64,000 nucleotides of DNA from a virus (taxonomy: Duplodnaviria; Caudoviricetes): positions 256,001 to 320,000 of the IMG/VR virus record IMGVR_UViG_3300021514_000002; one strand, 5' to 3'. Under the pieces are notes generated by a model that saw only the letters and a program-made list of their open reading frames with translations, had not been told where the DNA came from and did no database searches. The translations under genes were made by a program, and so were the position numbers. The stretch's first letter is position 1. Each line of letters opens with the position of its first letter. This document shows positions 19,101-30,300 of this stretch, one piece after another.

Positions 19101-22100
19101 CCACCAAGATGTGTAAGCGTATATTCTGGTGATATTAGTGGAATCGTAGGTGTAGCATTAATCGCATCAATTACACTGACCTTGGTTTGCGTATCTTGAC
19201 GAAATACACGAAGTTGATCTATATTAATACGATTACCATCTTGATCGAATATCAATTGCGAAGTTCTAATATCTTCTGATGGACCTGTAATAATATTTGA
19301 AACTATACCACGCGATGGATTGAACCACGCAGCATTTCTAAACGGATTGATTTCAAAATCTTTAATGATTGCACCGTATTCAGTAGGACTAGAAACAGAT
19401 AAACTACCAACGCTTGTAATTGATGTTATGTCGATGACGATGCCATCTTTTGCATCTTGTTTAGATGCTGCTAATCTAAACGTATACATGTCGTCGCGTA
19501 TTAAATAATAACGTATACCACGTGATAATGGTGTTGGGTATATTGAATTTGAGGATATGATAGTAACAGGCTCGCCTGTTATAAAAGTTTTATTATCGCT
19601 CACAAATGTCCATATATTAGTTGCCGCATCGACAGTAACAGGATATCTATCATTAACCTGTTCTCTTACAACTCGTTGCGAATATGCATAAGTAATAAAC
19701 CGTTCTATTTCAATCTGCCAATTAACAAGGCGGCCACTATCAGGATCTTGTAATGAACTATCTTCATTTATCTTCCATCCACTGTCTTCAATATATGCAT
19801 CGTATCCATGAATGACATTAATAAGCGTTTGCATTCCCTGTACTGCTCTTGGAGTAATCGCCTGCAAGACATGGGATTTATCTATTGAATAAAATCTCCA
19901 ATTATTTGTTGTTCTTTCGCCTGCGTTTACTAAGAATGTATTTAAAATTTCACCAATAAAATGATCTTTGTTGCCAGTTGAAGTTATATCAATTGCGAGA
20001 TTCGTGTTTGCATCTTCTAATGTTTCAGAAAGAGCAAAAGTATTATTAGATAATCGTATAATAAAATACTTCGTTAATCCATTTACCGTATCACCTTCTA
20101 ATGGTATTGGAAGTACTTCTGCGGTTGATAAGTATACACCATCCCCCGTGCTCCATGGAAGTGAACGATAGTCCGCTGTAATTGTTCCGTCTTTAATATT
20201 AGACAATAATGCCGCATTAACAAATATTGTAGTGTTTTTTGTTATACTATCGTATGTTGATAACACAACAACATAATCGCCATTATTACCTGTAGAATTT
20301 GCCACAACAAATTGTCGTCCTGCTGAAAATACATACGTCTGGTCACCCTCAACAGTAAACGTTTTATTAAAGGTATCGAGGTCAGAGATTTCCCAAGTAT
20401 ACATTGTACATACATTGGTTGTAGGATTTGTGTAAAATTGGTAATTATGTACATCATAATACTTAATGGTTCTACTAATCGGCAAATTTGTTTTTAATTC
20501 AAATCTCCAATCAAGTTGATTATCATACCGAGCAATATTATAAGGGATATTAGTAATTCCAATTTTAAGGGCATCTAACCAAAAATCATCAACGCCTGGA
20601 GCTCGCTTTGAAGTTATATTATAATCAAAATTAGTAATATTAACATATCTATGTGCGATATTTAATGATGGGGTATCGACAAATGATGCAAATTGATACG
20701 TTAATGGTGCTTTCCAACCAGTCCACAATTCACGGAAATCAGAGAAATTTGCATCGTAGCCCGTGTACCTATTGTAGTTTACATACCATTGATTTAATCC
20801 ATTACTCTTAAATTGTGTGTTATTTACAATTTCACCATGAAAGGTAATTCTATTATGACTAGGTGTATTTTTTGCATCTCTATCAACTTGCAAACCACCA
20901 ACCTTAGTAAAGTTAAATCCAAATGTTGAAGACACATATCTTACAGGATCGATACGATATGCTACAGTTAATTGGTCATATAAAAATTGTGAACTTACTC
21001 TCCAATTCCATTCAACATTACCAGAATCCCCGAACGCGTAACTTGAATTTGGTGCGATAACTTCTGTACTATAGTCAAAATAAATCGACCGTATGATACG
21101 ATCAAGAAATAATGGCACTGCTGTAAACGCACCAACAAAATCCCAATAAGGCGGGAATACGCTATCAGGTTCATATGTTGTTGTACCGCCGTCGGCGCTA
21201 ACAGCAAGGTTGCTTATATTAACACTAAAATAATTAAACGTAGGTAACTCTGGAACGGATAAGAAATATGGCGAGGCGCTATCCGTTGCAGGAATGCCCG
21301 TAATACCAACAACCCCATTAGGATATGCTCTACCTTGTGGAATTTTACCAATACGAATATTCTCCCACATACCGTAGGCTTGCTCTATTCTTCCTGAAGG
21401 AATATCATTTGCAACCAAACCCACAATTTTTATTTCTGTTAAGTTTGTGGTTGGATTATATAACGTACCATTAATAAAACTAACACCTGTCGTAATATCA
21501 CCAGTTACTATTTCTTCTTCTACTGTAATAGTGAAGGCGTTTAACACATGATTCACATTTTTGATAGTATATGTTTTTATAATCTCGTTCGTACTAGAGA
21601 ATCCTATTGGCTCCGCAATAGAGAAAACCATTCCAGGAAAATATATTCCAGCAGCAGGATCTGGTGGGAAATCATCAATAATAATAGAGGCGGTGCCCGC
21701 TATTCCTACGCTTACCGCCGTAATTATATCATGTGCACCAACTGTATATTGTCCAGTATGTGATGGCGAGCCTGTTGCACTATCTATATTAAACGTGGCA
21801 TTTGAAACGAAGTTAGCATGATAATCCCCTTTAATTGCGAAGATACCGTAGGTGCTTGGACTTCCACTACCAATGTTATTGTTGTCCAATGCAATAATTT
21901 CAAACCCGTGTTTATATTTCCACGTTCTAATACCCCATTGATTGATATCATCGTTATAGTATTCAGCATCCCACCAGTCAGGTTTATCGCTATACCCTTG
22001 AAGTATCCATGGCTCAGCATGTGGATATGGTGTACCATATATCTTGGTGTATAAATCTTTCCAGTATCCACCAGATTCAGAACCATCATTTAAGTTATTT

Positions 22101-25100
22101 GGTTCAGATGATAATATTGGACTTGGAAGGATTCCTGCGTATATTGTTCCTTGAAGTGCGTCTAATACATCGCCTTCTACAAATACATATGTAACGTCAT
22201 TTATAGTATCATAATATGTAGCGGGCTTCGTTGGGGTAGAAATGAGAGTACTCCAAGAACCATCGTTGTTGCCTGAATCTTTAACGTAAAAATCAACTTG
22301 TGAGTTACAACTAGCAAAAGCGGGTGAACCAGTTCCTGATGCCGTGCACGGATCGAAGAACCCAACACGGTCACCTGAAACAACAAATGCGTTAGTAAGT
22401 CCATCGGCTTCTAATATACTAATCCCACCACCTAATACAGAACGGGAATAATTCCACGTAAATGCATCAGTTGATGAATACTCAGAATTGCTATATGGAT
22501 TTGATATTTCAGCTTGCGAAACATAATCTAAAAACGCTTGTTCAAGATAAGTCAAATATTTAGTAGGATTATTTTCTTCCATCTGCGTAAAATCATATGC
22601 TAAATTAGGAAACGATGGAACGTTATCATAAAGACGGTTTTCCAATTCAAATACAGTATCAGCGAGTAATTTATCAAGATCTATTTTTTGCCAAGCAGAT
22701 ATTGTGGCAGTTGTTAAATCACTTGGGTCTGTTCCATTGTGTAGTCTACCATCACCGATTGTTACACCATCTACAATATCCCATGTAATATTTCCAAGAA
22801 AATCAGTATCCTTTATGCGCAACGTTTCAGTACCTGGCGTTAGATCCATCCACAACGTTCCGTCAGGATATGCTGGTGATGGTATAATGATGCCAGACTC
22901 TGCTACAACATAACGATATAATACATTAGTGCTGCTAGCTGCCATGTGATACCAATAAACGCCTTCTCTGCTTAACGTAGTATCAAAATTGGCATCAAAT
23001 TCGCCAATATTGTTGGGCGGTAAGTTTGATGAAGTTCTGCCAATATCACTAGACGACGATCTTGAATCAGGGGATTTTATTATTAATTGTGAAATAATGT
23101 CTTTTGTCGCAGTAGTTAATGTATATTCCTTACGATGTCCGTCATGATGAACAACTTCATTAACCGATAAATTATCATCTATAATACGATCTGGAACATA
23201 TCGGTTTACAAGATTGACATACGGTAATGTTGCGATCCAGTTTCTTACGCCAATATCATCTGATCCAACAACATCTGTAAGTGTCGTAGAATCGCCGTAT
23301 ATGAACTCGGCTTGATCGTTTAATTCATGTATATTAATAACATTAGTTGCAACATAATCGGATAAGTTTAAAATATTATCTGTTTCTATATTAGTAAGAA
23401 AAGCTATAGCATTTTTACGATAAATTTCACTAAGGGAATTTAATAATCCTTCATACTGATCATGCGCGAATTCTATTAACGAGCGCGGTGTTACGTTATT
23501 AACAAACACAGATGATAAAAACGTATCAAACCCATCATTGAATTCTTTTATCGTTCCACCATATCCATAATTAATTTCATTTATTGGCAATAAATTAAAC
23601 ATTGCATCTTTTGCGCCAATAAATCCTGGTATTCTTGGTTGGTCTTCAATAATAGTATTGAAATGTGTTAGCAATTCACGCGTATCTAAGTATTTACGAT
23701 TTTCATGTAAATGATTGAAATATAATGGATCGGGAATTTCCCAGTCACCAGTCCATACACCCGATGGTGATAAATTATTGGATTGATCGTCGAGCCATTC
23801 TTGTGTTGCTGTTGTTGTTGCTTGTGATTCAGATAATGTTGGATCTGTAGTGCGTAATTCTATTACACGAGCAATAATATATGTACTTTTTTCATCTTCA
23901 TAAACTTCACTAGAACGACGTTCCCAATCAACCTTATTAGGAATATACAATTCATTATTGAGTCCTATTTTCCAAATTGTTTGTAAGTTTATATCAGTCA
24001 CAAAATCATCAATTGGGGTGATTTCATTCCATGTCCCAATAAAAGTATTAGGGTCAATGAATCGTTTAAATAATTTATTTAATGTTGTATTATACCAATA
24101 CACTCCATCTATTTCACGCTCACGTATGGAAGGTTCAATATTACTGATGACGGCCTTCCGATACTGATTAGACATTTCAGTCTTATTGCCCCATTTAGTT
24201 CCGTGCCAGAAATTTAACGTATTGGTTTCTGGGTTATACCAATAATCCTCTTGCTTATTAGCATAATCGCGGTAAGCAAGCAATTCCCCATTATCTTCGG
24301 TTAATAGAAATTGATCAAACTCGTATATGACATCAACTGGGTCAAACACAATTCGCAAACCCGTATTTAAATTAACATCATATTCTGATGATGTTCTATA
24401 CCCGAAAATAGGGTTTGCTTTATATGCTGGGTCGCCGTTAACGGTAAATATATCAAATAATGGATATTGGTTAATTTTTGTTTTTACTTGCTCTACGCGC
24501 CGATATTGTATTTGGCTTACAGTAGTATTGCCGTTAATAAGATACAATTCGTCGTCTGGTTCCATTCTAACTTTACTGAAATTATTTTGCAATTCGTTCA
24601 TCGCAGCAGGACCAACTTCAACCGTTACGTTAAGTCCCGCAGGTATCAAATCAAAAAATTCAATACCCATTACATAAACAGTTACATTTTTTGTATTTGT
24701 AAATTCATCGCCCTGTAATGGATTAGTAACATTGGATAATTCACCATCAACAGCAACATCACTAAAGGTATCTGGGCTGCTAATTGGATTTACCCTAATT
24801 CTGGTAGGATGGGTTGGTGCTGTTGAAGAAACAGTAAAGTCTAACGTACCGACAGCAGTGTTCCCATGTAAACGAATAGTATCACCAGCAGTGAAATAAG
24901 ATGTCCAATCGCCGCCGACAAGAAATTCATTAGTACTATAATCTATACCAACAACATCTAATACTGCTTCACCAATTTCATCGTAGTTACCAAATTGCCG
25001 AGTGTATTCTTCCCCTGCAGCGTCGCTGATATAAACACGAATATCATCAAATCCATATAACGCTTTGCGGCGTAAAGATCTTGTGGTTATTGATGTAGTA

Positions 25101-27304
25101 GGGGAACCTGTCCCTAAATCATCAGAAAACACAAAACTTCCATATCCTACTGGCAATGGCGAACCTGATTGTGGTGTTATTGAGTAAGTTTGTGAATATA
25201 ATGATAAACGGTATTCATATACTTTTTCAGCAGGTGAACCTACCATAAATTCTATCGGTATCGTCCCTTCTATAATCGGGATGTACGAATTATCTACCTG
25301 ATGGGGGACTGGTAATGCGTCCTTGGCACCAAGGAATAACCAATGCGTACCATATTCATACCATGAATCGCCGAATGTCGTTTCAATAGGATAAATTTCA
25401 TAAGTGTTTGGTATTTGATTAACCAAATCACCCGTTGATGTTACAGGTTTCGTTTTCAGCGTTACGTGTGTTCTATAAGGGTAATTACTAGCCGACGTTT
25501 TATATTCAGCGTAATCTACTTCATATACTACAATATCAGTATCCTTGCTTATGTGTATTCTTTTTTCTGGCTCAAACCAGTCGGTCAAATCACCGTAACG
25601 ATCATCAAGAATTATAGTATTGTTGTTAGCGTCAAACTCGTCTTCTAATTCCCACCATGTAATAGACTCTAATTCTATTAATGCAGGGGTATTTTCTGTT
25701 TCTTTGAATGTAGCGTCAATTTCTTTTCTATATGCCCAACGATAGTCAACATATGTCCATTCATTTAATTCAAGATCCCAATCATATTCTATAATTGGTT
25801 GTAGGGCGCGTTTAACAGTCGCAAAATTTGTAATATCACTTTTATGTAACCACTTATTTGCACGAATCCATTGTTCAGTTGCTTCTATCCTTGGACGGGT
25901 ATCACATGATGGTGTTTGATCCCATAACGCAAATCCTGTGGTTGCGTCAAGAATTAAATTGAAGTTATTCCAAATTATACTCCAACCTATAGTTGTATCA
26001 TATTGATATAATCTATTGCCTAATGTATCATACCATACTTCGCCTTGTGTACCTGCGGTTGAAGGTGGCACTAAGTTACTAATACGATCAAGAAAATTTT
26101 GATGATCTGAAATACCATCGGGAATTTGCTGTTCTAATATATTTTCAACATCACCCCATAGTGGCGATGAAGGATTATCATCCCATAACGTTCCATCATC
26201 CCAACCACCTAATATAGAGCATTGGCAATTCTGTTCTGCTACATAAACAGAGAGTTGTTCTTCAAGGGAGGCATCGCCACCAAGAAACGTATTGTCAGTG
26301 ACAAGACTGTTTATCGTTACAATTGTTGTATTGTTGGCAATATCTGCAACTGAACTAACTACTTCAACGTACGTATTGTTCAATTCAGTATTACTTATGC
26401 CACGTAAAAAGAATATAAATCCTTCTTCAAAAAGTTTAGTGTAGTCTCCGATTGGAATAATTTCATTAGCGCCAAGAATAATCTTATCAAATCTACGCAA
26501 TGTTACGGTACCGACATTTTCATTGGCGATTAATCCATCGACTGCGATTTTCGTCAAATTAGTAGTACCATCATACGTTGGTATTGTGGTTACTTGATAT
26601 GCTCCATCATTGGATACAGTACCCGTAATATTTAAAAAGTTGGTAGTTAATATGTAATCGGTAGCATCGCCTGTAACAACAACGAGACCTAGCCCAACAT
26701 CTATTGAGGTAATAGTATACGTTGGTAAACTGCTCACTATATCTGCTGCAAGAATACCCTCTATTGGGAAAGAGGAGCCATATTGGGTAATTACACCATT
26801 CCAAAAAGTGACGCGAGAAGTCGCATTTGAACACTTATTACGAATTGTAATATATTGTGGGCTTTTTCGTTCACTATCAACCCAATAATAATCCCTATAA
26901 TTTATCAACTTATTAATATCTATAGGCGGTGCCCAGTTGAATTTTTCGGTCGCACCCCAAGAAATAAAATCTTCCACGTCAATTTCCAGACGTTCTAATT
27001 CATTTTGAATATCTTTCCATGAAGCCATGTGCTCAATAGAGCCGATTTTATTATGTAAGATTGGCTGCAATTGGTATGCTTGACGATGGATATTGACTTC
27101 TTCGATTTGACGAGAAGCGATTGCGCTTTTATTACCAGTTCCAATATATCCAGATATCTTATCGATTTCTTGCTTTGCTAGAAATCGGTTAAATAGATTA
27201 TTAAATAAACTAACATTTGTATCAGATTGGTATGGTTCTGGTAAATATTTACTCAAGTCCATAAAAGGTTTATTATAATCTGATTTATTATTCTCGTCTG
27301 CCAC
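16196..27304 (-). CDS. Giant (3702 aa) baseplate wedge/structural protein
   Basis: Uninterrupted 11.1-kb ORF in the baseplate operon after the gp6-like gene; GTG start with GGAG RBS; TATAAATA at 27332-27339 (-); 14 GSP. Confidence 0.85.
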   Translation of the reverse strand: MADENNKSDYNKPFMDLSKYLPEPYQSDTNVSLFNNLFNRFLAKQEIDKISGYIGTGNKSAIASRQIEEVNIHRQAYQLQPILHNKIGSIEHMASWKDIQNELERLEIDVEDFISWGATEKFNWAPPIDINKLINYRDYYWVDSERKSPQYITIRNKCSNATSRVTFWNGVITQYGSSFPIEGILAADIVSSLPTYTITSIDVGLGLVVVTGDATDYILTTNFLNITGTVSNDGAYQVTTIPTYDGTTNLTKIAVDGLIANENVGTVTLRRFDKIILGANEIIPIGDYTKLFEEGFIFFLRGISNTELNNTYVEVVSSVADIANNTTIVTINSLVTDNTFLGGDASLEEQLSVYVAEQNCQCSILGGWDDGTLWDDNPSSPLWGDVENILEQQIPDGISDHQNFLDRISNLVPPSTAGTQGEVWYDTLGNRLYQYDTTIGWSIIWNNFNLILDATTGFALWDQTPSCDTRPRIEATEQWIRANKWLHKSDITNFATVKRALQPIIEYDWDLELNEWTYVDYRWAYRKEIDATFKETENTPALIELESITWWELEDEFDANNNTIILDDRYGDLTDWFEPEKRIHISKDTDIVVYEVDYAEYKTSASNYPYRTHVTLKTKPVTSTGDLVNQIPNTYEIYPIETTFGDSWYEYGTHWLFLGAKDALPVPHQVDNSYIPIIEGTIPIEFMVGSPAEKVYEYRLSLYSQTYSITPQSGSPLPVGYGSFVFSDDLGTGSPTTSITTRSLRRKALYGFDDIRVYISDAAGEEYTRQFGNYDEIGEAVLDVVGIDYSTNEFLVGGDWTSYFTAGDTIRLHGNTAVGTLDFTVSSTAPTHPTRIRVNPISSPDTFSDVAVDGELSNVTNPLQGDEFTNTKNVTVYVMGIEFFDLIPAGLNVTVEVGPAAMNELQNNFSKVRMEPDDELYLINGNTTVSQIQYRRVEQVKTKINQYPLFDIFTVNGDPAYKANPIFGYRTSSEYDVNLNTGLRIVFDPVDVIYEFDQFLLTEDNGELLAYRDYANKQEDYWYNPETNTLNFWHGTKWGNKTEMSNQYRKAVISNIEPSIREREIDGVYWYNTTLNKLFKRFIDPNTFIGTWNEITPIDDFVTDINLQTIWKIGLNNELYIPNKVDWERRSSEVYEDEKSTYIIARVIELRTTDPTLSESQATTTATQEWLDDQSNNLSPSGVWTGDWEIPDPLYFNHLHENRKYLDTRELLTHFNTIIEDQPRIPGFIGAKDAMFNLLPINEINYGYGGTIKEFNDGFDTFLSSVFVNNVTPRSLIEFAHDQYEGLLNSLSEIYRKNAIAFLTNIETDNILNLSDYVATNVINIHELNDQAEFIYGDSTTLTDVVGSDDIGVRNWIATLPYVNLVNRYVPDRIIDDNLSVNEVVHHDGHRKEYTLTTATKDIISQLIIKSPDSRSSSSDIGRTSSNLPPNNIGEFDANFDTTLSREGVYWYHMAASSTNVLYRYVVAESGIIIPSPAYPDGTLWMDLTPGTETLRIKDTDFLGNITWDIVDGVTIGDGRLHNGTDPSDLTTATISAWQKIDLDKLLADTVFELENRLYDNVPSFPNLAYDFTQMEENNPTKYLTYLEQAFLDYVSQAEISNPYSNSEYSSTDAFTWNYSRSVLGGGISILEADGLTNAFVVSGDRVGFFDPCTASGTGSPAFASCNSQVDFYVKDSGNNDGSWSTLISTPTKPATYYDTINDVTYVFVEGDVLDALQGTIYAGILPSPILSSEPNNLNDGSESGGYWKDLYTKIYGTPYPHAEPWILQGYSDKPDWWDAEYYNDDINQWGIRTWKYKHGFEIIALDNNNIGSGSPSTYGIFAIKGDYHANFVSNATFNIDSATGSPSHTGQYTVGAHDIITAVSVGIAGTASIIIDDFPPDPAAGIYFPGMVFSIAEPIGFSSTNEIIKTYTIKNVNHVLNAFTITVEEEIVTGDITTGVSFINGTLYNPTTNLTEIKIVGLVANDIPSGRIEQAYGMWENIRIGKIPQGRAYPNGVVGITGIPATDSASPYFLSVPELPTFNYFSVNISNLAVSADGGTTTYEPDSVFPPYWDFVGAFTAVPLFLDRIIRSIYFDYSTEVIAPNSSYAFGDSGNVEWNWRVSSQFLYDQLTVAYRIDPVRYVSSTFGFNFTKVGGLQVDRDAKNTPSHNRITFHGEIVNNTQFKSNGLNQWYVNYNRYTGYDANFSDFRELWTGWKAPLTYQFASFVDTPSLNIAHRYVNITNFDYNITSKRAPGVDDFWLDALKIGITNIPYNIARYDNQLDWRFELKTNLPISRTIKYYDVHNYQFYTNPTTNVCTMYTWEISDLDTFNKTFTVEGDQTYVFSAGRQFVVANSTGNNGDYVVVLSTYDSITKNTTIFVNAALLSNIKDGTITADYRSLPWSTGDGVYLSTAEVLPIPLEGDTVNGLTKYFIIRLSNNTFALSETLEDANTNLAIDITSTGNKDHFIGEILNTFLVNAGERTTNNWRFYSIDKSHVLQAITPRAVQGMQTLINVIHGYDAYIEDSGWKINEDSSLQDPDSGRLVNWQIEIERFITYAYSQRVVREQVNDRYPVTVDAATNIWTFVSDNKTFITGEPVTIISSNSIYPTPLSRGIRYYLIRDDMYTFRLAASKQDAKDGIVIDITSITSVGSLSVSSPTEYGAIIKDFEINPFRNAAWFNPSRGIVSNIITGPSEDIRTSQLIFDQDGNRINIDQLRVFRQDTQTKVSVIDAINATPTIPLISPEYTLTHLGGLHLFVDAYEHAMILSNYTSDGNLLYDPFIGLNVTKYEMLFNRQPEFTQRPNVGGYYLETFFNQGANIKENIEAGVENLRNAYDTHNTLESNLMTQYSRKTLGYDGPVEYLSNLNLSQKSQFLFWRGQIQSKGSINAVNAFINSRRFIDAKIDDFWAIKLGSFGSIAEKEFPEMYVTTVDARSNELRLEFISNEDDDSIVEDTFTPIKMANTDRWYNQPDQSRVLRNNGKILYFALKVKNKMVASISGSPMLNYIRHDLDADAIELTQYVSATQTTETLKEGIHYRIINNNIIEMLFSGSPTMSLTDDVTIWGMVFNNDAQDPARIIDRKSATHISPIQYWDPARGIHYSNAIHNVDLQNDNDPALYGNTSKTITNTIIWKESFVGTTWLNTKNQDYLPYYSKEVFTDTTERFRNWGQLTDWADIEIFEWVESDVPPSEWDALAAKEEGDKTIVEHLRKAGIARKVLLEKDGVDWIQSVNKFEELYAATDGIDNLDGTFTFDVPVSQFVQSASPLQYLVNVYVNGSLLVENMPLTSPIGSPLTSSTIVAANVADIVRFVQLVPKSQTGIDLLLAGSPETHRQEYEYTQVPYYDKLGNITYKYYFWVGNKGTKPSGKNRTMSILETQHQLVSIPTAHMFFQEVKPAATIPTDNINVLRTEFFAHSGSPDAFALTLLISPDFENDIIVEVNGVNIPSTEYDVYNTGSPLQTFVRLHEPPFTSEVGSPSSFVATGSPLNDITITYTGIDNKGVDVPTRFTQTVIRGLQGIVNADNRYTVRFSRNFTLRDTLDVENENVSNLGLKNLHEEWKIFRQEQQFNIDRWQWDKITESIVGYKLTDPSVRVPSYERELYDEKYDTDTQYGLDIGQSFVNGNLALNTIVSYLVDPNIDFTPIDIDIFFENNNFNTTDNIIKAMDEIYNTFTFTNVNRMYFSVLKDAFTTKSKYVEIFKTSMISLHGIRPFQTSGIFDD

Positions 27305-27331
27305 GGCTTCATATTCTCCAATAGTTGCAAG

Positions 27332-27339
27332 TATTTATA
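27332..27339 (-). promoter_or_regulatory. T4-type late promoter TATAAATA
   Basis: Exact consensus 28 nt upstream of the 3702-aa gene start. Confidence 0.75.
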
Positions 27340-27365
27340 CAATGCTCACATGGAGAAAAAGTGCA

Positions 27366-30300
27366 CTATTGGCGAATGTTTTCCTTTGTAAAGGATTGAA
27401 TAATTTCAACGTTTTCCGTGGAGATATCAGGGATGAATATTTCATTTTCCCTGGATTGCACCTGGAACATATCACCAAATTGATTCGTGGTATACGATGG
27501 AACCAATACAACTGAGTTTATTTCTGGTCCTAATGCTGAATGTATTGCGGTTGATAATTCGGTAAAGAAAAACGTGCTTCCGAAATCCCAATCTGAGATA
27601 TTAAAATAAGTTCGTATAACATCAACGATTTTAACTTTAACTTCATTATCCGTTAAATTGTTGATTGTAGGGCGGATTACTTTAAATTTCGCACGAATTT
27701 CAGGTATCGCTCTACTTCCAAATAATAATTTAAATTTACCAGCCTGTAAAATTACAGTATCTGATATCATACCATGTTGAAGTAAAGTATCATATGCCGT
27801 ACGTAAATCCAATGGACTTGGTTCATCGGGTTTAACGTCAGTCTTGTTTTCAAGCCAGCGGGTTATTCCTTCATAATAACCAGTAGTAATAATGAAGGTA
27901 TCGATTATGTTTGATGCGGTAGGATCAACTAAGTGGAATCGTGGTGTAGTATAGAACCATGCAAAATTTAATGGGTATCTACCATATTCGCGTTTATATA
28001 AGTTCGTCGTATTTGCTAAGTCTGAATACCACAATGTCCGTTTTATTGATGTATCATCAACAGGAACCCATGTATCAGTGCTTGATGCTCTGTTAAAATA
28101 AACATATTGTTTAGTACTAACCGTCACAGAAACTGGTAACGGTGAACCCGTTAATACGAAATTTACAACCAAGCCCGTTAATTCAGTTCCTAATGGAGAA
28201 CCCGTAGGATATCCCCATTTTCCTACAGCAGGCGAATGTGGGTCAACACTATCAAAAACATATGTAACACCATCGTCAGTAGTAACTGTTACACTTTCAG
28301 CTTCTTTGCCTAATGTATAGTACATTACTGTATTAGTAAAAACAATTTCGCCATTTGCAGGTGAACCACTTACTATAAAAGTATCCGTCGCATTTAATAA
28401 CGTTGATTGTGTTAAATTATCAGGAACGCCGTCATCATTTGTGTCGGTAGGCAAAACTGATAATCTATTATCATCCGGTACACCTGCGTTTGGTAAACTC
28501 TGTGTTACTAATTCTTGACCTAGTACATTATAATCTTTGTTCTCGCCCATCATTCCTGTTTTACTACCATCTAGGTTAGCACCAAGAATCTTAATATTAT
28601 CATCGCTCGACTTTAATGTATTAAAATTTACTATACTTGTAGTCGTATTACTGTGTCTAAATTTAGTAGTTTGACTTTGTGCGTTCATACGCTTCGTCTT
28701 CCATTGTACTACCCAGCCAGATAATTTACTCGCAGAGAATTGTGCCTCAATACGAACCATGAAAAGGGATAATAACGCTGTAGGATGTGAATCAACTGTC
28801 CATGCATCTGCATCTGCTGAAAAATATAAATCAACGCGTGGGTTTGCAGACGTGGCAGCGTTGTCAAGGGCTGCTTGTATTGTTGTCGATTCGGTGCTAG
28901 TAAAAGTACAGCGTAAATCATTGATTGTGTTTGATGATTTTTCAAATTCTTCTATCATTATATTATAGAAATCAGCACTACATAATAATGGCTCAACTAA
29001 ATTCGTTAATATTTCATTGGAAAGTAATGCCCTATTAGATGACATAAACCCACCGTTCTCAACGTCATTTTCAAGCCAATAGAGAGCAAGATCATCGCCA
29101 AAAATTCTAACATCTTCATAATATTCTTTTGGATCATGCCAAGTAATATATTTAGAATCACCAGAAAATGTTCTATTAACTGATTGAAGTTTTAATATTG
29201 AAGGGTCTTGTAGCATGAACGAATTATAATCGCGGCCATTAACCATTCTATCTTGTGTGTAATATACAGACGGTGCCACTCTACGAACGTGTTCAATATC
29301 TTCTGATACAGATGCATTCTGTAAAGAATTTATTAACGAAAACGTAAACGTAAGTGTTTGCGTAGTGTTAGTTAAATCAAGATACGTAAATGATGCTATT
29401 TTATCTACGACGGATGTCTTTTGTATGATGCTATTACGATTGGATGATGTTCTATACCAAACATCAAAATCACCCGATGGAATATCTGAAAATTCACCGT
29501 CACCAAAAACTAAACGAACCTGATCATTATCAAGTGTTTCGGTTTCAAACTTCTGCCTATTCTTGTTCGTATTAAATAATATATTTTGCGCGTTCGCTAA
29601 TGCTACTTCTATCCATTCACCGTACCTACTTGAGCTATCATCTAAGTGTGGTAATATTTTGGCGTACGGATTTGTTTCGAGGACGGCACGTGTATTAGAA
29701 TCTACATTATTCATCCATACATCGGTTTCATTTATGTTATTAATTGCGAGATCAAATGTTTGGTTTGGGGTTATACCATCAAATGTTTCTTCTTGACGCT
29801 GCAGCGTACCTTGTTTGGTAAAACAGAAAAAGCCTGTTGTATCTGAACCATCACCAAGTCCATCAGACCCGTATAATAATGAGAATTTTAAATTTCGCTC
29901 TGGGCGTTTTTCAACCGGCGAGGTGTCGGTAAGTGTTACAGGTACCAATTCCATTGGAAATGACGTACCAGCACTAGAAGCTGAATAATTGAAAGTGGTA
30001 ATACCATTACCCCTTAGTGACAAATTGCCCCACGTATACAATTCAAACAATACATCTTCTATCTGCACGCGCTCATTAGGGGCAATTGTACCAAAATCTT
30101 GTTCTAATACTCTATTCATTACAAGAAGAAATTGTTCTTTCCAATCAGGATTATTTAAATCGTTCCAAACTATTTTAGCGTTTGATAAATTTCTTCCCTG
30201 TGCGTCTGTTACTAGTTCAGTAGTCTGTATGGTCGTAATTTTTACTAACCCACGAGCTGCAATGTTTCTAGATGCTTTATATGATATAAGTTTAGCTAAT

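Noticed and set aside
13110-27304. Diversity-generating retroelement acting on tail genes
   Set aside because: No reverse transcriptase in the window and no near-identical template/variable repeat pair differing at adenines was seen.
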